Shown: positions 37,201 to 47,666 of the stretch, in pieces
Numbering within the stretch: the stretch's first letter is position 1
Layout: every line of letters starts with the position of its first letter
Assembly (NCBI GenBank): GCA_964187785.1
Contig: OZ076409.1
Location: 96,970,001 to 97,034,000 of the forward strand
Length of the DNA stretch: 64,000 bases
Reading direction: 5' to 3'
Source: Amphiscolops sp. MND2022
Lineage: Eukaryota
Translations under genes and position numbers: made by a program
The notes under the pieces: model-generated
The model's database searches: none
What the model was told of the DNA's origin: nothing
Seen by the model: the letters and a program-made list of their open reading frames with translations, nothing else

Positions 37201-40200
37201 CGGGTTTGTGCGGGTATACTACGGGGTGATGTGGCAAGTACCACTCACGACGGTTATCGGTACGGAAACATTCGGACTTATCGACTCGAACAATATACCC
37301 TTTTTCGAAGTCCTCTCTGATTGTCTTGCTGTAGCTCTCTTTCAGTTGAGGATCTTTTCCGAGGCGGCGTTCTAACGACTTAAGTTGTACAAGAGCCGAG
37401 AAGTAGTTGTTCGGCAACGTACTTTCTTCGTCGGCCCACAACATTCCAACTTGGTAACGGCAGCCATCGTTGAATGTCGTCTCTTCGAGGATTTTCATCG
37501 CTCGCGCATCGGCTGCGGAGCGAGAGTCAACTTGTTTGTAGGCACCATATGACTCAATGTCGTACCAGCTGCGAAGTTGTTCGGCAAGAATAGAATCGTT
37601 CTCTGAGCCAGTGACAGCTTTGAAACAAGTCGAGAAAAGACCCGTGGTGGAAGGAAGCGGACCACTCAGTACCCAACCCAACGGTGAACGGACGGCTATT
37701 GGAGTATTCGGACGGTCAGCTTCGAAGTACTCCAATGGGCGGATACAGTGGAAGACATCCTGACCAAGGATCATCTCAACGTCTGAATAGCTGTACTTGC
37801 TCAGGGGGATCGGTTCTAGATGCGGGTAAGTCGTTTTCAGTTTGTCAACGTCGATAATGTCGTTTCCAACTTTCAAATCATCTCGGAAGTAAGGAGTGAC
37901 AGGAAAAGTTGAACAAGAGCCACCCGAATGAACGCGTGTCAACCTAAGCTCAACCGTTTCCGTGTCGATCAGTTGTTGGGAGTTTATCCCATGTACGGTT
38001 AACTTGGTTGCTGAGCCCTTAACTTGTAGCTTGTCGGCTAATCTTCTCGAGATCCATGAATGACTACAAGCTGAGTCACACAATGCAAGAATTTTAGCGG
38101 AGCTCGACGGCGATGTCAATTCGACTTCTGTTATTTGCAACAAGCCTTTGACGTCGGTTACGGAAGGCATGCCGGAGCTTTCGTTGCCTGTTTGTCTTTG
38201 ACTGACCTTTGTCGTTTTACTTTGGGAATTTTTCGCGTCGCCGAGTCTTTTCTGTGGGAAAATTTTGTCGGACCCGTGAAGTAAGGTGTTATGCGAGCTG
38301 CTACAGCCGTCTTTTACGCATTTTCTTGGTTGCGGGCATTGCCGGAATGAATGTCCTTCGTTTAGGCAAGAAAAGCAGAGTTTGCTCTCCGCGGCTAGCT
38401 TGGTTCTCTCTGTCGGAGTTTTTTGGCGGAACACTCTACAACGCCAAAGCGGGTGACTGTCCTTGCAAGCTACACATTGTTTCTCGCTTTTAATCTTGGT
38501 GGCAGCGTTCCCTTGGTTACTGGTGGTCGCCGCAAAAACCTTGGTTCCTGTTTTTGTCTTGGTTACGGTAGTGACAGGAACTTCTTCGGATCTTGGTTTA
38601 CTGGAGGCGGCTTTCATTCTTTCGTGTGCCTCTGCCTTCTCCTTTAGCCAATCGTTAAAGTGAATCAAAGTCGGTCGATCCAGATTCCGTTTGACGGTGT
38701 TCATCGACCACGCTTCCTTCAAATTTGGTGGAAGTTTTTGAACCGCCTGGCCCAGGAGAGAAGCACTCGACAGATCCTGCAGGTAGTTCAAGGATCTGAA
38801 AACACCAACCAGTGAGGAAACTGTGGCAGAATAGCTAATAATACTGTCGCTATTGTGCATCTTTACTGGCGGATAGTTGGCAAGTTTGTCCAAGTAGGCA
38901 CTAACAACAGTCTGAGGTTGACCAAACTTTCGTTCCAACGTTTTCAGCGCGTCTTTATACATAGTACCGCAGTATGCAAACTCGGCGATAGCAGTCTTCG
39001 CCTTACCAGACACCAGTGTCTTCAGGTAGGTCAGTTTCACGTCATCGGTAAGGGGCGCTGAATCGATGGCACTCTTGAACTGGCCAAACCACTCGTGCCA
39101 TTGAATTGGATCTCCACTGTACTGGGCCAGTTTCCATTCAGGGAGGTGATCCCTCTTCGAGGATGCTAACAGTTGCGCAAGATCTTGGACAGTGAAACTG
39201 GTAGTAGCAGGTTGCGGTACATTGACGGATGGAGGAGTTGCCAATGGTGTTGCTGTTGAAGGAACGCCCGGGAAAGTAGTCGGTACTGGTGCGCTGCCCG
39301 GTGCGGGCACAGTTGCAAGAGACGTCGGGTTAATATAGTATACTGTTCCTCCAGCGGTGACTGGGATAACAGGCGAAGATGTTGAGGCGACACTAGTAGC
39401 CGGTAAAACTGTCGGAAACACAGTGGCGCCCGAAGTTACGGGGTTTACTATCACGGGCGGGTTACTTGGTCCTGTCGGAAACGTCCAGGCTGATAAATTC
39501 GGAAGAACATGACTTGCGGGAACGGTGACTGTTGAAATCGGAATTGACGTGGCGGTTGCCAAAGGACCTGAGGCTGAAGCAGTTACTGATGGAGCATTTG
39601 TCCCCTGAAGCGTTGTGGTCGACTGGGGGACCTGGACGTGGCCAGTGTTTGGTAGGTAAACTATTGAACCTGGTCCTGTAGCTGAAGGCATATTGTTAGT
39701 CGTCGAAGCGGTTGGAAGAGCCACAGGAGTCACTACTGGGAAGCTAGGTGTTGGCGTTGTTGTAGGAGCTCCTCTGTTGACTGAACTTTGTGCTGCGGTA
39801 GTGACGATAACGACGTTCGGTTCCAAAATAACGGTGTTTGTGGGATCACTTGCAGTAGCAACAGGCGAATTGTTAACCCACTCGCTGACTCTGACAGTAT
39901 CGTCAGCTTTCGTCGAAGCCGCTAGTTGTGAAACTGTGTCTAGAAACTCCGATTTAGAGTCCGACAAGTCTTCGGTCAGTTCAAGCTCAGTGAGTGTTGC
40001 TTCAGCTAGTTTCTTTCGATTCTCTTCTTCTAACTGTTCTACTCGAAGTGCTTGCTCCTTCTTGAGTCGGTCGGTCCTCAGTCTGAGTAGTTCTTGTTCT
40101 TCCTGTAGACGTTCAAGTTCCAGTTCCTGCTGTTGCTTTGCGAATCTAAGGGCAGCTTCGTTTTGTCTTTCAATCTCCTCCTTACGTTGCTTAGCAATTA

Positions 40201-40642
40201 GCAAGTCTCGATGCCGTTGACTGGATGTTCTCGATTGTCTAGATGTCCTCGAAGCTGACGTTTTGCTTGGTTGCTTTCTCTTGGTGACAGTCGTTGATGA
40301 TTGAGATGCTCCATCGACAGGCGGGCACTGATCGATGTAATCACGAGCCTTCTTTAAAATCTCATCGTTTCGAGTGGTCACTTCATTCAACCAAGTTTCC
40401 AAATCTTGTTTAACAAGTGATGGGTCTTCTGTTTTGCCAGCGAGTTCGAAAAGTTGTTCATGTTTGGCAAACAGTTTTGTCATTGCTTCGTCGCAGGAAG
40501 TAACAAGTCTTTCGACGCGGACACGTCTATCTTTGTTCTCCACGGCATCTTGAACTTTTTCTTGCAATCTTTGTAACTCGGTCTCAGCTTTGGCACGACT
40601 TTCGAAAAGTTTTCTAACTTTGTCTTGTCTGGTGTCGGTCAT
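34241..40642 (-). CDS. BEL/Pao Gag-Pol polyprotein (2133 aa)
   Basis: Coiled-coil N-terminus; gag core; three knuckles; protease LCDSACS; RT FYMDD; RNase H MFGDSS; integrase GVDYFGP, SDNGTNF, GVWERL. Confidence 0.96.
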   Translation of the reverse strand: MTDTRQDKVRKLFESRAKAETELQRLQEKVQDAVENKDRRVRVERLVTSCDEAMTKLFAKHEQLFELAGKTEDPSLVKQDLETWLNEVTTRNDEILKKARDYIDQCPPVDGASQSSTTVTKRKQPSKTSASRTSRQSRTSSQRHRDLLIAKQRKEEIERQNEAALRFAKQQQELELERLQEEQELLRLRTDRLKKEQALRVEQLEEENRKKLAEATLTELELTEDLSDSKSEFLDTVSQLAASTKADDTVRVSEWVNNSPVATASDPTNTVILEPNVVIVTTAAQSSVNRGAPTTTPTPSFPVVTPVALPTASTTNNMPSATGPGSIVYLPNTGHVQVPQSTTTLQGTNAPSVTASASGPLATATSIPISTVTVPASHVLPNLSAWTFPTGPSNPPVIVNPVTSGATVFPTVLPATSVASTSSPVIPVTAGGTVYYINPTSLATVPAPGSAPVPTTFPGVPSTATPLATPPSVNVPQPATTSFTVQDLAQLLASSKRDHLPEWKLAQYSGDPIQWHEWFGQFKSAIDSAPLTDDVKLTYLKTLVSGKAKTAIAEFAYCGTMYKDALKTLERKFGQPQTVVSAYLDKLANYPPVKMHNSDSIISYSATVSSLVGVFRSLNYLQDLSSASLLGQAVQKLPPNLKEAWSMNTVKRNLDRPTLIHFNDWLKEKAEAHERMKAASSKPRSEEVPVTTVTKTKTGTKVFAATTSNQGNAATKIKSEKQCVACKDSHPLWRCRVFRQKTPTERTKLAAESKLCFSCLNEGHSFRQCPQPRKCVKDGCSSSHNTLLHGSDKIFPQKRLGDAKNSQSKTTKVSQRQTGNESSGMPSVTDVKGLLQITEVELTSPSSSAKILALCDSACSHSWISRRLADKLQVKGSATKLTVHGINSQQLIDTETVELRLTRVHSGGSCSTFPVTPYFRDDLKVGNDIIDVDKLKTTYPHLEPIPLSKYSYSDVEMILGQDVFHCIRPLEYFEADRPNTPIAVRSPLGWVLSGPLPSTTGLFSTCFKAVTGSENDSILAEQLRSWYDIESYGAYKQVDSRSAADARAMKILEETTFNDGCRYQVGMLWADEESTLPNNYFSALVQLKSLERRLGKDPQLKESYSKTIREDFEKGYIVRVDKSECFRTDNRREWYLPHHPVVYPHKPGKVRRVLNGAAKFHGHSLNNALLTGPDLLQSLIHILFRFRQFPKAMSADIEGMFLQVGVIPKDQPSIRFLWREDPSTEVAVFQYVRHIFGSKDSPTCANYALKRTATDNADKFSKAAQSVQTNFYMDDYLESSSTAHEATEKAKELVKLLSLGGFNLTKFVSNDRNILQQIEPNSERQPNDGKQLPTTEESSHVLGLKWNHDSDTLVVSRGTSPDTNRTVTQRVVLSLVSAVYDPIGLVALYTVKARLLLKDIWRLSGQKWDDLLPESIVTKFLDWSSELGTLSELVIPRSYFQQKIECLELHMFGDSSQDVFSAVAFLRGKVNTGNGSSTELAFVLGKARVAPMKALTIPKLELQAALLAARLRNEVQRALTLHIERTFMWSDGTTVLQWLHSLEKQPVFVANRVAEILELTTADEWYHVRSADNPADTGTRGLSAETLLQSSWLKGPDFLKTNQWPFRPSEDFRQKLKQVKPDPTDKLVTDSSSILCETQVAIAKTFEWQKYCSYEKLLSIAAYVLRLLPRNSEYRTDTGAIMDPAELDNAEQRLFYLTQAESIQVERSNLLKSTPLSKTSKLAQFSPFIGPNGLLRTSGRTRNLDCATFDVKYPILLDARHPLVRLLLEHTHVRHCHQGVDYLRALIQQRLAVIKLRATLRTIVSRCVTCRKRRAETVTPVMADLPRERLAFKEPPCANTGVDYFGPFFVTVRRSTEKRWGFLFTCLTTRAVHFEVVPSMDTSSCVVGIERFCARRGIPSVIWSDNGTNFVATEKELLSNINNWNQRTVSDALVKKGIKWKFNPPSAPHHGGVWERLVRSFKHVFYAILGNRRLTDEILTTTFCLVEQCLNARPITPVSPEATDLDALTPNHFLLGTASSTLPSHFRPEIDHRKRCIRAQVYSDAIWNRWLKEYVPNLNRRSKWSKSSDRDLKTGDLVWLVEPTAPRGHYPLGRVVKLNYGTDAIARSAEIKTSTGNRVRPVVKLAPVLPIPE

Positions 40643-41186
40643 CTTTGTCGTGATCTTTTGTTAGAGAATGAATCAAGGTAGTAAGGAAAATGTTAAATCA
40701 AAGAGATCGAGGAGTAACTTCTTCGACAGCGTCAACCAAGCAATTAAGCTTAGACACAGCTGAACGGAGAAAATTTGGGTTAACGGTAACGGTGTGTTTT
40801 GGATGATGGGCTGTATCTCACGATAACAGCAACGGTAGAGTAGTTTTCCGATTTTTTGTTTTTTAAAAGTAATTACAAGACACAGGAAGAAGTTACATGG
40901 GACGAGACGATGATCTAAAAACACGCTCTTCCCGAAAGGACAATGGTTCGTCCAATATTAAGTGCCCAAGGGGCGGAAGAAGGCCGAAAGAACTTCAACC
41001 AGACAATTAAGCCTGGACACTGTCCAAACGGCAGGAAGAAAGACGGGGAGTAGACTTCTGAGTTTCAACCGGACAATTAAGTCCGGATACAACTCAAGAA
41101 GAAGGTTGAATTACTGTAGAAACTTCAACCGGACAATGAAGTCCGGATACCGTAACTACAGTACAGTAAAGACGGATGGAGGGGGT

Positions 41187-41804
41187 CTAGGACGAAGCAG
41201 CGACGGCCGCTGCACTCTTGATTGCCTTTCGGGCGCGCTTACTAGGCCGCTTGGGGCGGCTTTTGTCGGTGATGGCGTCAAGCTCGCTCTCTTTTCTCAG
41301 AATAAAGTCAATATGCTTTATTTCAATCTCGGGGCTCTGGTGTAACGCCTTGAGTTTTTTAAGAAAGTCGGGATCTTTCTGTTTTCTCGTGGAAATGAAA
41401 TCATCAACGATACTGAACACTTTAATGTTGGTGGTTTTTTCAATTTCCTTCAAATTCGGTAAAATGTTCGGGGTACGGAATCGGTGGCAATGCACTAGAG
41501 CCCGGAGTTTGTTTTCGAAAGATTTCAAAATATCTAACAATTGGGGAACGGTCAATGCTCGGTAATTATTGCTCTCGTGCTTAGAAATGCTATTATTCAG
41601 CACATCATGCCAAATAATGATGTCAGTTTTTTCGGCAAGATCTTTAGAGAGCAAGTTTTGCACAATTTTTTGGGGATTTTTCGTGTTAGGGTTAAAGCTC
41701 AGGCCCGGAATTGAGAAAATTTTCGCGTTATAGTATTTTCGGTTTTCGGGGTTTAAGGTGTCAAGAGCATGATCAACGGAACTTGCCGCTACAATGAATA
41801 CCAT
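41187..41804 (-). CDS. Extra sense ORF (205 aa from ATG) upstream of gag; degenerate SGNH-hydrolase-like fold with a basic tail
   Basis: VFIVAASS, SIPGLS, DIIIWHDVLNNSI and ALHQS occur in the order and spacing of SGNH blocks I, II, III and V. Confidence 0.6.
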   Translation of the reverse strand: MVFIVAASSVDHALDTLNPENRKYYNAKIFSIPGLSFNPNTKNPQKIVQNLLSKDLAEKTDIIIWHDVLNNSISKHESNNYRALTVPQLLDILKSFENKLRALVHCHRFRTPNILPNLKEIEKTTNIKVFSIVDDFISTRKQKDPDFLKKLKALHQSPEIEIKHIDFILRKESELDAITDKSRPKRPSKRARKAIKSAAAVAASS

Positions 41805-42635
41805 TAGGTTTTTTTTCGATGGGAATACGGAAAAGTTTTGCAAAATCCGATCAAAGATTTTTTCGATACTTCTTGTGAAAGAACGCAAATGCTAAAGCAG
41901 AATTTTTTCGGGTTATATTAAAAAATTCCAAAATTGGTCAGGGAAATTTTAAAATTGATCACTCGTGAAAATGCCTGAGTTTTTTTTTTCAACCAACTGG
42001 AACACGAAAAATGCAAAGCAGAAATTCAATCAGAAAGAGGTTTTGGAGAACGTTTTTGAATGTATGCAAAAACTAAGTTACTGTTTTCATATCACGGTAA
42101 AGGCCTTGCTTGATATACAGAGATACTAGTCTTGTAGAAAGACATTAGAATTCGAGACTCGAAAATTGATTGAGTTTTTGTTGTTTCAATCATAAAATAA
42201 CCAGTTTTTTGTGGCTGTAGACGTTTGAGAGGCACACCAAATGAAGCCTTTTCCACTTGGAGACTTCACGCTTAGGGACCTGCACGTTCTTCACCAGTGG
42301 GGGGTTTACTGGTACCTTCGGGGCTGGGGGGGGGCTCCTCGACTGTGGGTTGGGTACCCTCTGCTGTGTGTGCGTGTGGGGTCACAGCACACTCGTCTGC
42401 GGAGATCACCCTCGTCTGTGTTTGTGTGGGGGTACAGCACACTCGTCTGCGGGAGGCGCCCTCGGATGTGGGGGAAGCACCCTCGCCTGTGGGGGTTACC
42501 CTCGGTGTTTCCCTTGATTGAAGTTTTGAGATCTCCCAACAGTCAAGAAGCTGTTCCCAGTAATCATGGATATACTACTAATAACTTGTGAAGATAAGAG
42601 AATACAAATTAGGAAAGGCCTCTCTATGGCCACCA

Positions 42636-43013
42636 TGAAATTACTATAGAGTTAGCTGCTCTATAGATCGTTTTGAGAGTCAAAAATAAGGATGATCAAT
42701 AGTGTATTATTCAACTGAAGTTTTTTGCGGCCGTATGTTTTTCAGAACATTCGAATAATATAAATGAAGAATCGAAAAGATCAATATAATATTTGTCAAA
42801 ATTCAAATTAACATAAAGAGTAGCATCAGAGTGGTAAATATTTGCAAACAATATTTCGTAGTAAGGCCTTTTTCGTATTCGAATATTCAAATACTTTCTA
42901 GAATATTCTCGAACTCTTTACGATCATCGAATGTTCTAGAATATTCCAATTATATTTCCAAAGCACGCAAATGAGTGACGTCTATTTGCTTTTAATCTTA
43001 TTGCTTGTCAACA
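42636..43013 (-). repeat. 5' LTR of element E
   Basis: Followed by the PBS; TSD GATAT at 43014-43018. Confidence 0.95.
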
Positions 43014-43170
43014 GATATGAATAGTGAAAGTGATGAAAATTCTCCACTCGGAACGGAAATTGCAACTGAAATTGAATTTTGAATGCGCTGGCATATTCCC
43101 GATTAACGGAGTTTCAAGAGACAATTAATTAGTGGTGGATTTTAAGAACACTTCTACGAGTGCAGTTGTC

Positions 43171-43576
43171 GGCTCTTTTCTGTTCCTCCCACCAACAATT
43201 TTTTTGGAAATTAGAGAAAATTTTATAACAAAAAGACTTGAATACAAACCAGAAACCTTCCATTTTAATTCATTTCCAGTGTGACAATTTGGAATTGAGA
43301 TATAAAATTTGTTCACACTATTTTTCCATCTGAAGTCACTCATTGTTGATTAGAAAATTAACAGCTTCCTGTTTTGAGTCACAAAAAAACAGTGAATACG
43401 ATGAAAATTGTGATTAAAATGCGTGAAAAGTGTTTTGTTAAAATAAAAAATTATTACAATAGGCGTTAACTTCCTGTTATGAAAGAAGGTTTCATTTTCA
43501 ATAAGGCTAGTCTGAAATTTTTAAGGAAAAGTACTTTCAAAACATTTGGTGGTGGGGGGGGCACCATAAAAGAGCC
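43171..43576. mobile_element. 406-bp MITE with GGCTCTTTT TIRs and 8-bp TSD (Merlin-like)
   Basis: TSD CAGTTGTC on both sides; second copy at 62884-63289. Confidence 0.85.
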
Positions 43577-46093
43577 CAGTTGTCATCCCGTTTCAGAACC
43601 TTGGAGGACTTCCCGGAAAACATGAAGCTTCAAGCAACTCAAAACTGTGGGGGTTGAAAGTTATCTTTTCCTAATTGCCTACAAAAATTTACCAGAATAA
43701 AAAATTCTCCCGTATTGATTAAAAAAACAATTACAAGTCTTCTTGATTTGATACCTCCATTAGAGCTCAAAAATCTCAAATGCATTTGGACTATTTGGAC
43801 TAGCTCTGGGTATTTTCAAAGAGCTCCAAAGATCGTCTCACAGTGCCGAATTTAATCCAAAACATAGTTTTGGGAAGTTTCGCGAGAAGCCTAAAATGAG
43901 AAGTTGAGCTCGATAAAAAAGCTTTGAATGCGTTGCACGTGAAAAAGGTAGCAAACTGGCATGAGAAGTTCAGTAAAAACAGTAAAAGTACAGCCAAAAA
44001 AAGCAACTCCTCGGGTTTTTTGTCTGTGTGCCTCAAGTAAAATAGTAATTCATCCGGGTTTTGACGGTAGTTTTTTTCGATAATTTAGATATAATTTTTT
44101 AAAAAAGACCGCCAGGAGAAAAATATCTGTATTAAAAAAGCGGAGATGCCAGGAAAAGAGGATCATTTTTGTTTCAGAAAGTAGAGGTTTCAACTCTAGT
44201 GTCAATGGTTATAATATCTTTTATAATAGACTGGTTACAGGAAAATTATTGTGATTCTGGATCTTTTGAAACTGTATTGTATTTACTTATTTGTTCTAGA
44301 AACCCCATTTTTTGGACTGTGAGCTTCAATTTAAATCAATCACGTGAAAAACGGGATATAAAGTCAACAAACAGCGCAAAGTTATTATATTATGCTCGGG
44401 AGATTTTAAAGGAAAGTTTTTCAATTATGATATCACCAAAAACGCACAAAAGGAATCTTTCGTGCTCGGAAAACACTTTTCTCTAACTGAAAACACCAAA
44501 AAAAACAATATTGGCGAAAGATAACTTTCTGAGAAATGGTTTGGGTGCCGATAAACCTAAAGACGGTTTACGATCTTGTAACGTATTGTCCCTTGTTGAA
44601 ACTATTTTAAAAATTGAACCTTTTGACTTTTCTGGGTATATTCAAAATGAGCTCCAGTTTTTTTGTTAATTTTCCCTTCTTTCAATTGAGATTTCTTGTT
44701 AAAAACGGCAAAACGGCAAAAATTCTCGATTAGCAACCTCAAGTTCCTCCGCTGAGAAGCGATTCTTTCCTGCTTTACTGGAAAGTTTTTTTTAAAAAAA
44801 GTAGATTTCTTGGGTCTTCCTTTTTCCTTTTCTGCTTTTTTTCGGTGTCCATCCAATTAACCGTGTTTTGTTGTTTGGAAATTGTTCAAAACCAAATAAA
44901 TTTATCGCCTTCCTTATAAGAAAAAGATGAATTGGTTTCCTTTTTTTACTTTTTCCCTCCTCTTTGTTTTGAAACACAGAAACACAATTAGAGAGAGAGA
45001 AAAAAACGTATGCATAGAAATGAAGAGCGTTCGACCCCCTTTTATGTACATATATTTGTGTCAAACGGATGTTCGTATTCACTATTTGCGCTCGTTTCTC
45101 ATTTAAACGACAATTTCCATAATTAAATTAACTTTTGCAAAACCAAACAATTAAAAACAACGACTGTAGTAGGATACAGCATATAGGTCTAGTTACGTCC
45201 GCAACAAATATTGACACACTTTTCTCTGAAAATTTTTGTCGTTAGCACAAAATTCATTGCCTAATTATCGATTTTGAAAAGCTTCTTTCAATTTCATTGA
45301 GAAAAAGCAAGAACGTTCCCACAAAGTTTCGACGACTACTGAACATTTTGTGAACTTTGTTGAAAAAAAAGCAAAGGATAATGTTTCTTATCCCCCCAAT
45401 CGGCCGCGGGGAGGGGAAATAGAGAACAAGATTCAAATACCATTATGGCGACATCGTTTGCGCTGAAATTTCTGCCTAATGAAATGATTGATGTCTACAT
45501 AATCCTTTCTTTTACACTGATTCGCAGCTAAAAAGTTGCTCAATTTTATTTTCGGCCAAAAAAGTTGCTTTGAAATATGGACTTTCCTATACGATTTTAG
45601 ATTGTTTGTGGTGAATTTGTGCTTTTTTTGAAAATAAAATATCAGGATAATTTTTGATGTAAGTGTCGGAACATTTCTAGCGACAATCCTTTAAATATTT
45701 ATAATCATACCAATTTCTTTTGTAACGTCAAGCTAACAGCTACATTCCAGAACCGGGATAATGCCCAGGTTGCCTTAACAAAAGACCAGTGTCCTATAAC
45801 AACCTAAACATCAGTTTTTGATCCCAAAAGGTCTCAGTAGAGACTTTTCCAAGACGTCGTGGAGAAACCTCGTTTTAGAGCTCCGGAGCAACGTGCCGGC
45901 ACACTCGAAGTCCGGACACGTCCCACAAGCACGTAAAAACGTATTCTAAGGGTTCCTGCGGCCCTACATACTTCCGAGGTCTAAAAACAGGGGTTTAGTC
46001 TGAATGCATTTTATTGGGAAGATAACCTCGAAAAATACCAGTACAAGGATCTAGCAGATCCAGTATCACCATAAATCTGTAAACGAACATCAA

Positions 46094-47666
46094 TGTCCCA
46101 GGCGTCCGCCTGTGATGGAAATCTTTATACAATCAGTCACGACTACAGGAAGGCGCAGCCCAACACCCTCCCACTGAATTAAGTTTTACAAGCAAAACTA
46201 TATTTGTTGCTTTAAAAAGTCATGTAAAACTCTATATATTTCATTTTGTACAAGTTATATTATGCAATTCTATGTATTAATACGAGTTAATTGGACACCA
46301 AGGCGTACAGGTAAAGGAAACGCGTTCAAATGTTTTCTTGCCTGTCGCCTTGGTCCGCAAGTCCGACTAACTCGTCATCCAATCATAGCGCAGTGTTATG
46401 TAACCTTTACTCGTGCTAGCTTAATAGATTAAAGGACTAGACAGCTATATGCCGCCTGCTAATAAAGCGCCGGGCTGTACCAGTCTATTGGACACTGAGT
46501 CCGCGCTTTAATTGAGAGTGCTATTCTATCTAGCAGTACTGGTTATGTAATAATTAATCTTTTGATAACTAATAAAAGGCGCTATTGGTCCTCAAAGGAC
46601 TGATTTAATATTTTAGACTTAGTTTGATGGTGTTGCTTCATATGTAATTTGCGCAATATATTTAGTTTAGAATATATGTAAAATTACTATCTATACATGT
46701 AGTAAGCATTTCATACATGTAATATGTATTTCATACATGTAGTACGTTGCTCAGTATGCATGTAAGCAGTTGCTTGTCCTAACGGACTCATGGTCCCGCC
46801 GCCATATTTGCCGCCAAGAGGGACCTTTGATCTATATGATGTAATGTTGACGTTGCCTGCTATTTATAGATTGTAGCTATATTTAGAAAGTCCTTAAGGC
46901 TATTTTTAGAATATGATCACCATTTTATTGAGTGTCATGCAGATTCAAATATATATAACCGGGACTGGTGGTCCCGGGGACAGAATTATTCTGACGATAC
47001 TTTGATACGTTACTGTTGCATTACTGTTGCGAACTGTTTATTAAAACTACCCGTTCATTTTCACTTTGCAAGCCCGAGATATTAATTTAAATTCTTGCCT
47101 CTTGCAATAATCTCTTATGCCTTCTACTAGACGTCAAAAGGCCAAAGCTAGGAGATCTAGAGAAATGGACATGCTGTCCGACTATGATAACCTAGATGTG
47201 ATGCTGGGAAATGAAAATAATAATCCCATTGAAAGAGAACTAGCCGAAGTGATAGATCAGTCGTCGGCCCACGGGGACGATGATACAAACGTGTACCATG
47301 AAAATGAGTTCAGAGATTACTTACATGAAAATGAACCTTTGAGGCAAAACCAAGTCAGGCAATCCTTTGAGGCCTTTTCAAGTGAGTTTAATCTTAGATT
47401 GTCTCAAGAAATGGAATCTATGATGTCAATAATGCATAGCCAAATAAATAGAGCTATAACAACAGCTATAGCTGAAAGAGTTATTCCAGAAATCCAGAAT
47501 ATTGCGAACTCGATGTCCTCTATGGGACACAGGGACACTGAGGCCAGTTCGTCCCCAAATAGTCAGGAGAACAGGGAAAGCGCACCCGGGCCTAAAATAA
47601 AAATTGCAAAGAAAGATTCAAGATCTGTAGGTGACTTAAGAGATACCATGGGTCATGGTTCTTACA
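46094..47666 (+). repeat. 5' LTR of element D (1573 bp)
   Basis: TGTCCC...TTACA, followed by the PBS. Confidence 0.97.
46848..46958 (+). promoter_or_regulatory. LTR promoter: half-CRE, 3x MEF2 consensus, TATA
   Basis: TGACG 46848; CTATTTATAG 46860; CTATATTTAG 46877; CTATTTTTAG 46900; TATATATAA 46950. Confidence 0.65.

Larger units (their letters stand above)
33716..43013 (-). mobile_element. Full-length BEL/Pao LTR retrotransposon (element E, 9.3 kb) with an extra upstream ORF
   Basis: 378-bp TG..CA LTRs (3 differences seen); TSD GATAT; PBS TGGTGGCCATAGAG at 42622-42635; GGGCCCGGAGGA before the 3' LTR. Confidence 0.97.

Noticed and set aside
25587..40220. Many short ORFs overlapping the BEL polyproteins
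   Set aside because: Alternative-frame shadows with no motifs
43600..45720. Short AT-rich ORFs here and in 3100-8900 and 60200-64000
   Set aside because: Low-complexity translations with no recognisable domains or consistent exon structure
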